This document shows positions 12,995 through 26,319 of a stretch of DNA of 64,000 nucleotides, in pieces (position 1 is the first letter of the stretch; each line of letters begins with the position of its first letter). The notes under the pieces were generated by a model. The model searched no databases and was not told the DNA's origin. It worked only from the letters and a program-made list of their open reading frames with translations. The position numbers and the translations under genes are program-made. The stretch lies in contig NC_134473.1 in assembly GCF_964194025.1 (NCBI RefSeq), forward strand, positions 60,202,001-60,266,000. The letters run 5' to 3'. The DNA comes from Convolutriloba macropyga (lineage: Eukaryota).

Positions 12995-15900
12995 TACACC
13001 ACAAATTAAAAAGGCAAATTGTAACTGTCATCGTCGGTACTTGGCGATAAACCGAGATAAGGACAAATAAATAAATTTTTATTTGAATCAACCAAGTGAC
13101 GGATTCAGCATTGAGAGGTCGCCTGTGATTCTGTTGGTGAAACTATTTATTCCCCTAAAATTAAATTAAAGATTTTGCAATTGCAAATTGCATACAGTTT
13201 CGTTCAAATGGAATAGCTCGGCGAAATGCTTTTTTTGTCTCATGACTTTAAAGATCATTTCGAGCCTCAATAGGATTTTTAGGGCTTTTTATATACTTTT
13301 GAAGTCCTTTGAGAGCCGAAATTGTGCTTGAAAGGGAGTCAAGAGAACGTTATATTGAAGAATTTCAATTGTTTGAAAGTGATGATTCTTTATGAACCGA
13401 ATTCAGAACTCAGCTTTATCAACAGGTTATATAAACATAGGCATGAACAGTTTTAACGGATTGATGAGACAGAAGATATGATGAAGAGCACACGAATGCC
13501 ATTGTGTTAACGAACGAGAACTTCTCGAATGGTTTGTACAAAAGATGGGTCGATAGACAATTCCATTAGATTCCTCAATCGATCATATATGCTAAGCGAA
13601 TAACGCAATAACAAATCATGTCTAGAGATCAGTCATTCGCTAAACGAAATTGTTTTGGAATTGAATAATTCTGCCAAGCAGAATTTTATGTAGTTTCGTT
13701 GAGCAAAATCAACTAAACAAAGTGGCAATAACAAATTGGAATCTGCAGAGCGAAAGCACATTTTTAAAAGATTACAGACCCGCATGACAAACACCACAAA
13801 AATAAAAAAGCAAATTGTAACTGTCATCACTTTGTGATAAATCAAGATGGGGACTTGCAATGCGAAATAGGCTTATCTTTGGATCAATCAAGTGACGGAT
13901 TCAGCGTTGAGCAAGCGCCTGTGTTTTGTTGGTGAAACTATTTATTCCCCTCAAATTAAATTAAAGATTTTGCAATGGCAAATTGCGTACAATTTCGTTC
14001 AAATAGAATTGCTTGGCAAAGTGCTTTTATTGTCTCATGACTTTAAGATCTTTTTGAGCCTCAATTGGATTTCTAAGGGGTTTTTAATGATTTTGAACTC
14101 ATTTGAGAGCCGAAATTGTGATTGAAAGGAGTCAAGAGAACGTTAAATTGAAGAATTTGAATTGTTTGAAAGTGATGATTCTTTATGAACTGAATTCAGA
14201 ACTCAGCTTTATCAACAGGTTATATAAACAGAGGCATAAACAGTTTTAAATGATTGACGGGACAAGAGATCTGATGACGAGCTTACAAATGCCATAATGT
14301 TAACAAACTAGAACTTCTTGAAGGGTTTGTACAGAAGATGGGTCGATGGACCCTTCCGTTAGATTCCTCAATCGATCATATATGCTAAGCAAATAACGCA
14401 ATAACAATTCATGTCTAGAGATCAGTCATTCACTAAGCGAAATTGTTTCGGATTTGAATAATTTTCTCAAGCAGAATTTTATGTGATTTCGTGGAGCAAA
14501 ATCAACTAAACAAAGTGGCAATAACAAATTGGAATCTGCAGAGCGAAAGTACATTTTTAAAAAGATTACAGACCCGCTTGACAAACACTACAAAAACAAA
14601 AAAGCAAATTGTAACTGTCATCACTTTTTGATAAATCAAGATGGGCACTTGCAATGCGAAATAGGCTTATCTTTGGATCAACCAAGTGACGGATTCAGCG
14701 TTGAGCAAGCGCCTGTGTTTTGTTGGTGAAACTATTTATTCCCCTCAAATTAAATTAAGGATTTTGCAATGGCAAATTTCGTACAATTACGTTCAAATGG
14801 AATATCTTGGCGAAGTGCTTTTATTGTCTCATGACTTTTAAGATCTTTTCGAGCCTCAGTAGGATTTCTTAGGGGTTTTAATGTTTTTTAACTCTTTTGA
14901 GAGACGAAATTGTGCTTGAAAGGAGTCAAGAGAACGTTAAACTCAAGAATTTGAATTGTTTGAAAGTGATGATTCTTTATGAACCGAACTCAGAACTCAG
15001 CTTTATCAACAGGTTATATATACAGAGGCATAAACAGTTTTAAATGATTGATGAGACCGGAGGTCTGATGAAGAGCATACGAATGCCGTAGTGTTAACGA
15101 GTTAGAACTTCTTGAAGGGGTTTTTATAGAAGATGGGTCGATAGAGTTTTCCGTTAGATTCCTCAATCGATCATTTATGCTAAGCAAATAACGCAATAAC
15201 AATTCATGTCTAGAGATCAGTCATTCGCTAAGCGAAAATGTTTCGGAATTGAATAATTCTGTCAGGCAGATTTTTTGTGATTCCGTAGAGCAAAATCAAC
15301 TAAACAAAGTGGCAATAACAAATTGGAATCTGCAGAGCGAAAGTACATTTTTAAAAAGATTACAGACCCGCATGACAAACACCACAAAACAAAAAAGCAA
15401 ATTGTAACTGTCATCACTTTGTGATAAATCAAGATGGGGACTTGCAAGGCGAAATAGGCTTATCTTTGGATCAACCAAGTGACCGATTCAGCGTTGAGCA
15501 AGCGCCTGTGTTTTGTTGGTGAAACTATTTTTTCCCCTCAAATTAAATTAAGGATTTTGCAATGGCAAATTGCGTACAATTTTGTTCAAATGGAATAGCT
15601 TGGCGAAGTGCTTTTATTGTCTCATGACTTTTAAGATCTTTTCGAGCCTCAGTAGGATTTCTTAGGGGTTTTAATGTTTTTTAACTCTTTTGAGAGACGA
15701 AATCGTGCTTGAAAGGAGTCAAGAGAACGTTAAACTCAAGAATTTGAATTAATTGAAAGTGATGATTCTTTATGAACCGAACTCAGAACTGAGCTTTATC
15801 AACAGGTTATATAAACAGAGGCATAAACAGTTTTAAATGATTGATGAGACCGGAGGTCTGGTGAAGAGCATACGAATGCCATAGTGTTAACGAGTTAGAA

Positions 15901-18900
15901 CTTCTTGAAGGGGTTTTTATAGAAGATGGGTCGATAGAGTTTTCCGTTAGATTCCTCAATCGATCATTTATGCTAAGCAAATAACGCAATAACAATTCAT
16001 GTCTAGAGATCAGTCATTCGCTAAGCGAAAATGTTTCGGAATTGAATAATTCTGTCAGGCAGATTTTTTGTGATTCCGTAGAGCAAAATCAACTAAACAA
16101 AGTGGCAATAACAAATTGGAATCTGCAGAGCGAAAGTACATTTTTAAAAAGATTACAGACCCGCATGACAAACACCACAAAACAAAAAAGCAAATTGTAA
16201 CTGTCATCACTTTGTGATAAATCAAGATGGGGACTTGCAAGGCGAAATAGGCTTATCTTTGGATCAACCAAGTGACCGATTCAGCGTTGAGCAAGCGCCT
16301 GTGTTTTGTTGGTGAAACTATTTATTCCCCTCAAATTAAATTAAGGATTTTGCAATGGCAAATTGCGTACAATTTCGTTCAAATGGAATAGCTTGGCGAA
16401 GTGCTTTTATTGTCTCATGACTTTTAAGATCTTTTCGAGCCTCAGTAGGATTTCTTAGGGGTTTTAATGTTTTTTAACTCTTTTGAGAGACGAAATCGTG
16501 CTTGAAAGGAGTCAAGAGAACGTTAAACTCAAGAATTTGAATTAATTGAAAGTGATGATTCTTTATGAACCGAACTCAGAACTCAGCTTTATCAACAGGT
16601 TATATAAACAGAGGCATAAACAGTTTTAAATGATTGATGAGACCGGAGGTCTGATGAAGAGCATACGAATGCCATAGTGTTAACGAGTTAGAACTTCTTG
16701 AAGGGTTTTTATAGAAGATGGGTCGATAGAGTTTTCCGTTAGATTCCTCAATCGATCATATATGCTAAGCAAATAACGCAATAACAATTCATGTCTAGAG
16801 ATCAGTCATTCGCTAAGCGAAAATGTTTCGGAATTGAATAATTCTGTCAGGCAGGTTTTTTTGTGATTTCGTAGAGCAAAATCAACTAAACAAAGTGGCA
16901 ATAACAAATTGGAATCTGCAGAGCGAAAGTACATTTTTAAAAAGATTACAGACCCGAATGACAAACACCACAAATCAAAAAAGCAAATTGTAACTGTCAT
17001 CACTTTGTGATAAATCAAGATGGGCACTTGCAATGCAAAATAGGCTTACCTTTGGATCAACCAAGTGACGGATTCAGCGTTGAGAAAGCGCCTGTGTTTT
17101 GTTGGTGAAACTGTTTATTCCCCTCAAATTAAATTAGGGATTTTGCAATGTCAAATTGCGTACAATTTCGTTCAAATGGAATAGATTGGCGAAGTGCTTT
17201 TATTGTCTCATGACTTTTAAGATCTTTTCGAGCCTCAGTAGGATTTCTTAGGGGTTTTAATGCTTTTTAACTCTTTTGAGAAACGAAATCGAGCTTGAAA
17301 GGAGTCAAGAGAACGTTAAACTCAAGAATTTGAATGGTTTGAAAGTGATTATTCTTTATGAACCGAACTCAGAACTCAGCTTTATCAACAGGTTATATAA
17401 ACAGACGCATAAACAATTTTAAATGATTGATGAGACCGGAGGTCTGATGAAGAGCATACGAATGCCATAGTGTTAACGAGTTAGAACTTCTTGAAGTGTT
17501 TTTATAGAAGATGGGTCGATAGAGTTTTCCGTTAGATTCCTCAATCGATCATATATGCTAAGCAAATAACGCAATAACAATTCATGTCTAGAGATCAGTC
17601 ATTCGCGAAGCGAAAATGTTTCGGAATTGAATAATTCTGTCAGGCAGATTTTTTTGTGATTTTGTAGAGCAAAATCAACTAAACAAAGTGGCAATAACAA
17701 ATTGGAATCTGCAGAGCGAAAGTACATTTTTAAAAAGATTACAGACCCGCATGACAAACACCACAAAACAAAAAAGCAAATTGTAACTGTCATCACTTTG
17801 TGATAAATCAAGATGGGGACTTGCAAGGCGAAATAGGCTTATCTTTGGATCAACCAAGTGACCGATTCAGCGTTGAGCAAGCGCCTGTGTTTTGCTGGTG
17901 AAACTATTTATTCCCCTTAAATTAAATTAAGGATTTTGCAATGGCAAATTGCGTACAATTTCGTTCAAATGGAACAGCTTGGGGAAGTGCTTTTATTGTC
18001 TCATGACTTTTAAGATCTTTTCGAGCCTCAGTAGGATTTCTTAGGGTTTTTAATGCTTTTTAACTCTTTTGAGAGACGAAATCGTGCTTGAAAGGAGTCA
18101 AGAGAACGTTAAACTGAAGAATTTGAATTGTTTGAAAGTGATGATTCTTTATGAACCAAACTCAGAACTCAGCTTTATCAACAGGTTATATAAACAGAGG
18201 CATAAACAGTTTTAAATGATTGATGAGACCGGAGGTCTGATGAAGAGCATACGAATGCCATAGTGTTAACGAATTAGAACTTCTTGAAGGGTTTGTACAG
18301 AAGATGGGTCGATAGAGCCTTCCGTTAGATTCCTCAATCGATCTTATACGCTAAGCAAAGAACGCAATAACAATTCATGTCTAGAGATCAGTCATTCGCT
18401 AAGCGAAATTGTTTCGGAATTGAATAGTTCTGTCAAGCAGAATTTTATGTAATTTCGTGGAGCAATATCAACTAAACAAAGTGGCAAAAACAAATTGGAA
18501 TCTGCAGAGCGAAAGCACATTTTTAAAAAGATTACAGACCCGCATGACAAACACCACAAAAATAAAAAAGCAAATTGTAACTGTCATCACTTTGTGATAA
18601 ATCAAGATGGGGAATTGCAATGCGAAATAGGCTTATCTTTGGATCAACCAAGTAACGGATTCAGCGTTGAGCAAGCGCCTGTGTTTTGCTGGTGAAACTA
18701 TTTATTCCCCTCAAATTAAATTAAGGATTTTGCCTTGGCAAATTGCGTACAATTTCGTTCAAATGGAATAGCTTGGCAAAGTGCTTTTATTGTCTCATGA
18801 CTTTTAAGTTCGTTTCAAGCCTCAGTAGGATTTCTTAGGGGTTTTAATGCTTTTTAACTCTTTTGAGAGACAAAATAGTGCTTGAAAGGAGTCAAGAGAG

Positions 18901-19966
18901 CGTTAAACTGATGAATTTGATTTGTTTGAAAGTGATGATTCTTTATGAACCGAACTCAGAACTCAGCTTTATCAACAGGTTATATAAACAGAGGCATAAA
19001 CAGTTTTAAATGATTGATGAGACCGGAGGTCTGATGAAAAGCATACGAATGCTATAGTGTTAACGAATTAGAACTTCTTGAAGGGTTTGTACAGAAGATG
19101 GGTCGATAGAGCCTTCCGTTAGATTCCTCAATCGATCTTATACGCTAAGCAAAGAACGCAATAACAATTCATGTCTAGAGATCAGTCATTCGCTAAGCGA
19201 AATTGTTTCGGAATTGAATAGTTCTGTCAAGCAGAATTTTATGTGATTTCGTGGAGCAATATCAACTAAACAAAGTGGCAAAAACAAATTGGAATCTGCA
19301 GAGCGAAAGCACATTTTTAAAAAGATTACAGACCCGCATGACAAACACCACAAAATAAAAAAGCAAATTGTAACTGTCATCACTTTGTGATATATCAAGA
19401 TGGGGAATTGCAATGCGAAATAGGCTTATCTTTGGATCAACCAAGTAACGGATTCAGCGTTGAGCAAGCGCCTGTGTTTTGCTGGTGAAACTATTTATTC
19501 CCCTCAAATTAAATTATGGATTTTGCCTTGGCAAATTGCGTACAATTTCGTTCAAATGGAATAGCTTGGCAAAGTGCTTTTATTGTCTCATGACTTTTAA
19601 GTTCGTTTTAAGCCTCAGTAGGATTTCTTAGGGGTTTTAATGCTTTTTAACTCTTTTGAGAGACAAAATAGTGCTTGAAAGGAGTCAAGAGAGCGTTAAA
19701 CTGATGAATTTGATTTGTTTGAAAGTGATGATTCTTTATGAACCGAACTCAGAACTCAGCATTATCAACAGGTTATATAAACAGAGGCATATACAGTTTC
19801 AAATGATTGATGAGACCGGAGGTCTGATGAAGAGCATACGAATGCCATAGTGTTAACGAGTTAGAACTTCTTGAAAGATTTTTATAGAAGATGGGTCGAT
19901 TGAGTTATCCGTTAGATTCCTCAATCGATCATATATGCTAAGCAAATAACGCAATAACAATTCATG

Positions 19967-22900
19967 TCTAGAGATCAGTCATTCTCTAAGCGAAAATGTT
20001 TCGGAATTGAATAATTCTGTCAGGCAGATTTTTTTGTGATTTCGTAGAGCAAAATCAACTAAACAAAGTGGCAATAACAAAATGGAATCTGCAGAGCGAA
20101 AGTACATTTTTAAAAAGATTACAGACCCGCATGACAAACACCACAAAACAAAAAAGCAAATTGTAACTGTCATCACTTTGTGATAAATCAAGATGGGGAC
20201 TTGCAAGGCGAAATAGGCTTATCTTTGGATCAACCAAGTGACCGATTCAGCGTTGAGCAAGCGCCTGTGTTTTGTTGGTGAAACTATTTATTCCCCTCAA
20301 ATTAAATTAAGGATTTTGCAATGACAAACTGCGTACAATTTCGTTCAAATGGAATAGCTTGGCGAAGTGCTTTTATTGTCTCATGACTTTTAAGATCTTT
20401 TCGAGCCTCAGTAGGATTTCTTAGGGGTTTTAATGCTTTTTAACTCTTTTGAGAGACAAAATCGTGCTTGAAAGGAGTCAAGAGAACGTTAAACTGAAGA
20501 ATTTGAATTGTTTGAAAGTGATGATTCTTTATGAACCGCACTCAGAACTCAGCTTTATCAACAGGTTATATAAACAGAGGCATAAACAGTTTTAAATGAT
20601 TGATGAGACCGGAGGTCTGATGAAGAGCATACAAATGCCATAGTGTTAACGAGTTAGAACTTCTTGAAGGGTTTGTACAAAAGATGGGTCGATAGACCCT
20701 TCCGTTAGATTCCTCAATCGATCCTATATGCTAAGCAAATAACGCAATAGCAATTCATGTCTAGAGATCAGTCATTCGCTAAGCGAAATTGTTTCGGAAT
20801 TGAATAATTCTGTCAAGCAGAATTTTATGTGATTTCGTGGAGCAAAATCAACTAAACAAAGTGGCAATAACAAATTGTAATCTGCAGAGCGAAAGTACAT
20901 TTTTAAAAAGATTACAGACCCGCATGACAAACACCACCAAAACAAAAAAGCAAATTGTAACTGTCATCACTTTGTAATAAATCAAGATGGGGATTTGCAA
21001 TGCGAAATAGGCTTATCTTTGGATCAACCAAGTAACGGATTCAGCTTTTAGCGAGCGCCTGTGTTTTGCTGGTGAAACTATTTATTCCCCTCAAATTAAA
21101 TTAAGGATTTTGCCTTGGCAAATTGCGTACAATTTTGTTCAAATGGAATAGCTTGGCAAAGTGCTTTTATTGTCTCATGACTTTTAAGTTCGTTTCAAGC
21201 CTCAGTAGGATTTCTTAGGGGTTTTAATGCTTTTTAACTCTTTTGAGAGACAAAATAGTGCTTGAAGGGAGTCAAGAGAGCGTTAAACTGATGAATTTGA
21301 TTTGTTTGAAAGTGATGATTCTTTATGAACCGAACTCAGAACTCAGCTTTATCAACAGGTTATATAAACAGAGGCATAAACAGTTTTATATGATTGATGA
21401 GACCGGAGGTCTGATGAAGAGCATACGAATGCCATAGTGTTAACGAATGAGAACTTCTTGAAGGGTTTGTACAAAAGATGGGTCGATAGACCCTTCCGTT
21501 AGATTCCTCAATCGATCCTATATGCTAAGCAAATAACGCAATAGCAATTCATGTCTAGAGATCAGTCATTCGCTAAGCGAAATTGTTTCGGAATTGAATA
21601 ATTCTGTCAAGCAGAATTTTATGTGATTTTGTGGAGCAAAATCAACTAAACAAAGTGGCAATAACAAATTGGAATCTGCAGAGCGAAAGTACATTTTTAA
21701 AAAGATTACAGACCCGCATGACAAACACCACAAAACAAAAAAGCAAATTGTAACTGTCATCACTTTGTAATAAATCAAGATGGGGACTTGCAATGCGAAA
21801 TAGGCTTATCTTTGGATCAACCAAGTGACGGATTCAGCGTTGAGCAAGCGCCTGTGTTTTGTAGGTGAAACTACTTATTCACCTCAAATTAAATTAAAGA
21901 TTTCACAATGGCAAATTGCGTACAGTTTCGTACAAATAGAATAGCTTGGCGAAGTGCTTTTATTGTCTCATGACTTTAAGATCTTTTCGAGCCTCAATAG
22001 GTTTTTTTAGGGGTTTTTAATGCTTTTGAACCCTTTTGAGAGCCGAAATTGTGCTTGAAAGGAGTCGAGAGAACGTTAAATTGAAGAATTTGAATTGTTT
22101 GAAAGTGAGGATTCTTTATGAACTGAATTCAGAACTCAGCTTTATCAACAGGTTATATAAACAGAGGCATAAACAGTTTGAAATGATTGATGAGACAACA
22201 GATTTGAAGACGAGCATACCGATGCCATAGTGTTTACAAACTACAACTTCTTGAAGGGTTTGTACAGAAGATGGGTCGATAGACCCTTCCGTTAGATTCC
22301 TCAATCGATCGTATATGCTAAGCAAATAACGCAATAGCAATTCATGTCTAGAGATCAGTCATTCGCTAAGCGAAATTGTTTCGGAATTGAATAATTCTGT
22401 CAAGCAGAATTTTATGTGATTTCGTGGAGCAAAATCAACTAAACAAAGTGGCAATAACAAATTGGAATCTGCAGAGCGAAAGTACATTTTAAAAAGATTA
22501 CAGACCCTCATGACAAACACCACCAAAACAAAAAAGCAAATTGTAACTGTCATCACTTTGTAATAAATCAAGATGGGGACTTGCAATGCGAAATAGGCTT
22601 ATCTTTGGATCAACCAAGTGACGGATTCAGCGTTGAGCAAGCGCCTGTGTTTTGTTGGTGAAACTATCTATTATCCCCTCAGATTAAATTAAGGATTTCG
22701 CAATGGCAAATTGCGTACAGTTTCGTACAAATAGAATAGCTTGGCGAAGTGCTTTTATTGTCTCATGACTTTAAGATCTTTTCGAGCCTCAATAAGTTTT
22801 TTTTAGGGGTTTTTAATGCTTTTGAACCCTTTTGAGAGCCGAAATTGTGCTTGAAAGGAGTCAAGAGAACGTTAAATTGAAGAATTTGAATTGTTTGAAA

Positions 22901-25900
22901 GTGATGATTCTTTATGAACTGAATTCAGAACTCAGCTTTATCAACAGGTTATATAAACAGAGGCATAAACAGTTTGAAATGATTGATGAGACAACAGATC
23001 TGAAGACGAGCATACCGATGCCATAGTGTTTACAAACTACAACTTTTTGAAGGGTTTGTACAGAAGATGGGTCGATTGAGTTATCCGTTAGATTCCTCAA
23101 TCGATCATATATGCTAAGCAAATAACGCAATAACAATTCATGTCTAGAGATCAGTCATTCGCTAAGCGAAAATGTTTCGGAATTGAATAATTCTGTCAGG
23201 CAGATTTTTTTGTGATTTCGTAGAGCAAAATCAACTAAACAAAGTGGCAATAACAAATTGGGATCTGCAGAGCGAAAGTACATTTTTAAAAAGATTACAG
23301 ACCCGCATGACAAACACCACAAAACAAAAAAGCAAATTGTAACTGTCATCACTTTGTGATAAATCAAGATGGGGACTTGCATGGCGAAATAGGCTTATCT
23401 TTGGATCAACCAAGTGACCGATTCAGCGTTGAGCAAGCGCCTGTGTTTTGTTGGTGAAACTATTTATTCCCCTCAAATTAAATTAAGAATTTTGCAATGG
23501 CAAATTGCGTACAATTTCGTTCAAATGGAATAGCTTGGCGAAGTGCTTTTATTGTCTCATGACTTTTAAGAACTTTTCGAGCCTCCGTAGGATTTCTTAG
23601 GGGTTTTAATGCTTTTTAACTCTTTTGAGAGACAAAATCGTGCTTGAAAGGAGTCAAGAGAACGTTAAACTGAAGAATTTGAATTGTTTGAAAGTGATGA
23701 TTCTTTATGAACCGAACTCAGAACTCAGCTTTACCAACAGGTTATATAAACAGAGGCATAAACAGTTTTAAATGATTGATGAGACCGGAGGTCTGATGAA
23801 GAGCATACGAATGCCATAGTGTTAACGAGTTAGAACTTCTTGAAGGGTTTGTACAAAAGATGGGTCGATAGACCCTTCCGTTAGATTCCTCAATCGATCC
23901 TATATGCTAAGCAAATAACGCAATAGCAATTCATGTCTAGAGATCAGTCATTCGCTAAGCAAAATTGTTTCGGAATTGAATAATTCTGTCAAGCAGAATT
24001 TTATGTGATTTCGTGGAGCAAAATCAACTAAACAAAGTGGCAATAACAAATTGGAATCTGCAGAGCGAAAGTACATTTTTAAAAAGATTACAGACCCGCA
24101 TGACAAACACCACCAAAACAAAAAAGCCAATTGTAACTGTCATCACTTTGTAATAAATCAAGATTGGGATTTGCAATGTGAAATAGGCTTATCTTTGGAT
24201 CAACCAAGTAACGGATTCAGCGTTTAGCAAGCGCCTGTGTTTTGCTGGTGAAACTATTTATTCCCCTCAAATTAAATTAAGGATTTTGCCTTGGCAAATT
24301 GCGTACAATTTTGTTCAAATGGAATAGCTTGGCAAAGTGCTTTTATTGTCTCATGACTTTTAAGTTCGTTTCAAGCCTCAGTAGGATTTCTTAGGGGTTT
24401 TAATGCTTTTTAACTCTTTTGAGAGACAAAATAGTGCTTGAAGGGAGTCAAGAGAGCGTTAAACTGATGAATTTGATTTGTTTGAAAGTGATGATTCTTT
24501 ATGAACCGAACTCAGAACTCAGCTTTATCAACAGGTTATATAAACAGAGGCATAAACAGTTTTATATGATTGATGAGACCGGAGGTCTGATGAAGAGCAT
24601 ACGAATGCCATAGTGTTAACGAATGAGAACTTCTTGAAGGGTTTGTACAAAAGATGGGTCGATAGACCCTTCCGTTAGATTCCTCAATCGATCCTATATG
24701 CTAAGCAAATAACGCAATAGCAATTCATGTCTAGAGATCAGTCATTCGCTAAGCGAAATTGTTTCGGAATTGAATAATTCTGTCAAGCAGAATTTTATGT
24801 GATTTCGTGGAGCAAAATCAACTAAACAAAGTGGCAATAACAAATTGGAATCTGCAGAGCGAAAGTACATTTTTAAAAAGATTACAAACCCGCATGACAA
24901 ACACCACCAAAACAAAAAAGCAAATTGTAACTGTCATCACTTTGTAATAAATCAAGATGGGGACTTGCAATGCGAAATAGGCTTATCTTTGGATCAACCA
25001 AGTGACGGATTCAGCGTTGAGCAAGCGCCTGTGTTTTGTTGGTGAAACTACTTATTCACCTCAAATTAAATTAAGGATTTCACAATGGCAAATTGCGTAC
25101 AGTTTCGTACAAATAGAATAGCTTGGCGAAGTGCTTTTATTGTCTCATGACTTTAAGATCTTTTCGAGCCTCAAAAGGTTTTTTTAGTGGTTTTTAATGC
25201 TTTTGAACCCTTTTGAGAGCCGAAATTGTGCTTGAAAGGAGTCAAGAGAACGTTAAATTGAAGAATTTGAATTGTTTGAAAGTGATGATTCTTTATGAAC
25301 TGAATTCAGAACTCAGCTTTATCAACAGGTTATATAAACAGAGGCATAAACAGTTTGAAATGATTGATGAGACAACAGATCTGAAGACGAGCATACCGAT
25401 GCCATAGTGTTTACAAACTACAACTTCTTGAAGGGTTTGTACAGAAGATGGGTCGATAGACCCTTTCGTTAGATTCCTCAATCGATCGTATATGCTAAGC
25501 AAATAACGCAATAGCAATTCATGTCTAGAGATCAGTCATTCGCTAAGCGAAATTGTTTCGGAATTGAATAATTCTGTCAAGCAGAATTTTATGTGATTTC
25601 GTGGAGCAAAATCAACTAAACAAAGTGGCAATAACAAATTGGAATCTGCAGAGCGAAAGCACATTTTTAAAAAGATTACAGACCCGCATGACAAACACCA
25701 CCAAAACAAAAAAGCAAATTGTAACTGTCATCACTTTGTAGTAAATCAAGATGGGGTCTTGCAATGCGAAATAGGCTTATCTTTGGATCAACCAAGTGAC
25801 GGATTCAGCGTTGAGCAAGCGCCTGTGTTTTGTTGGTGAAACTATCTATTATCCCCTCAGATTAAATTAAGGATTTCGCAATGGCAAATTGCGTACAGTT

Positions 25901-26319
25901 TCGTACAAATAGAATAGCTTGGCGAAATGCTTTTATTGTCTCATGACTTTAAGATCTTTTCGAGCCTCAATAGGTTTTTTTAGGAGTTTTTAATGCTTTT
26001 GAACCCTTTTGAGAGCCGAAATTGTGCTTGAAAGGAGTCAAGAGAACGTTAAATTGAAGAATTTGAATTGTTTGAAAGTGATGATTCTTTATGAACTGAA
26101 TTCAGAACTCAGCTTTATCAACAGGTTATATAAACAGAGGCATAAACAGTTTGAAATGATTGATGAGACAACAGATCTGAAGACGAGCATACTGATGCCA
26201 TAGTGTTTACAAACTACAACTTCTTGAAGGGTTTGTACAGAAGATGGGTCGATAGACCCTTCCGTTAGATTCCTCAATCGATCGTATATGCTAAGCAAAT
26301 AACGCAATAGCAATTCATG
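19967..26319 (+). repeat. Higher-order repeat: two copies of a 4-monomer (~3176 bp) block
   Basis: Diagnostic variants recur at +3176/3177: GAAGGGAGTC and GAATGAGAAC (units 20760/23936), CTACTTATTCACCTC (21554/24730), CTATCTATTATCCCCTCAG (22347/25524). ORF pairs 21243/24419, 22036/25213 and 22832/26009 show the same offset. Confidence 0.88.
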
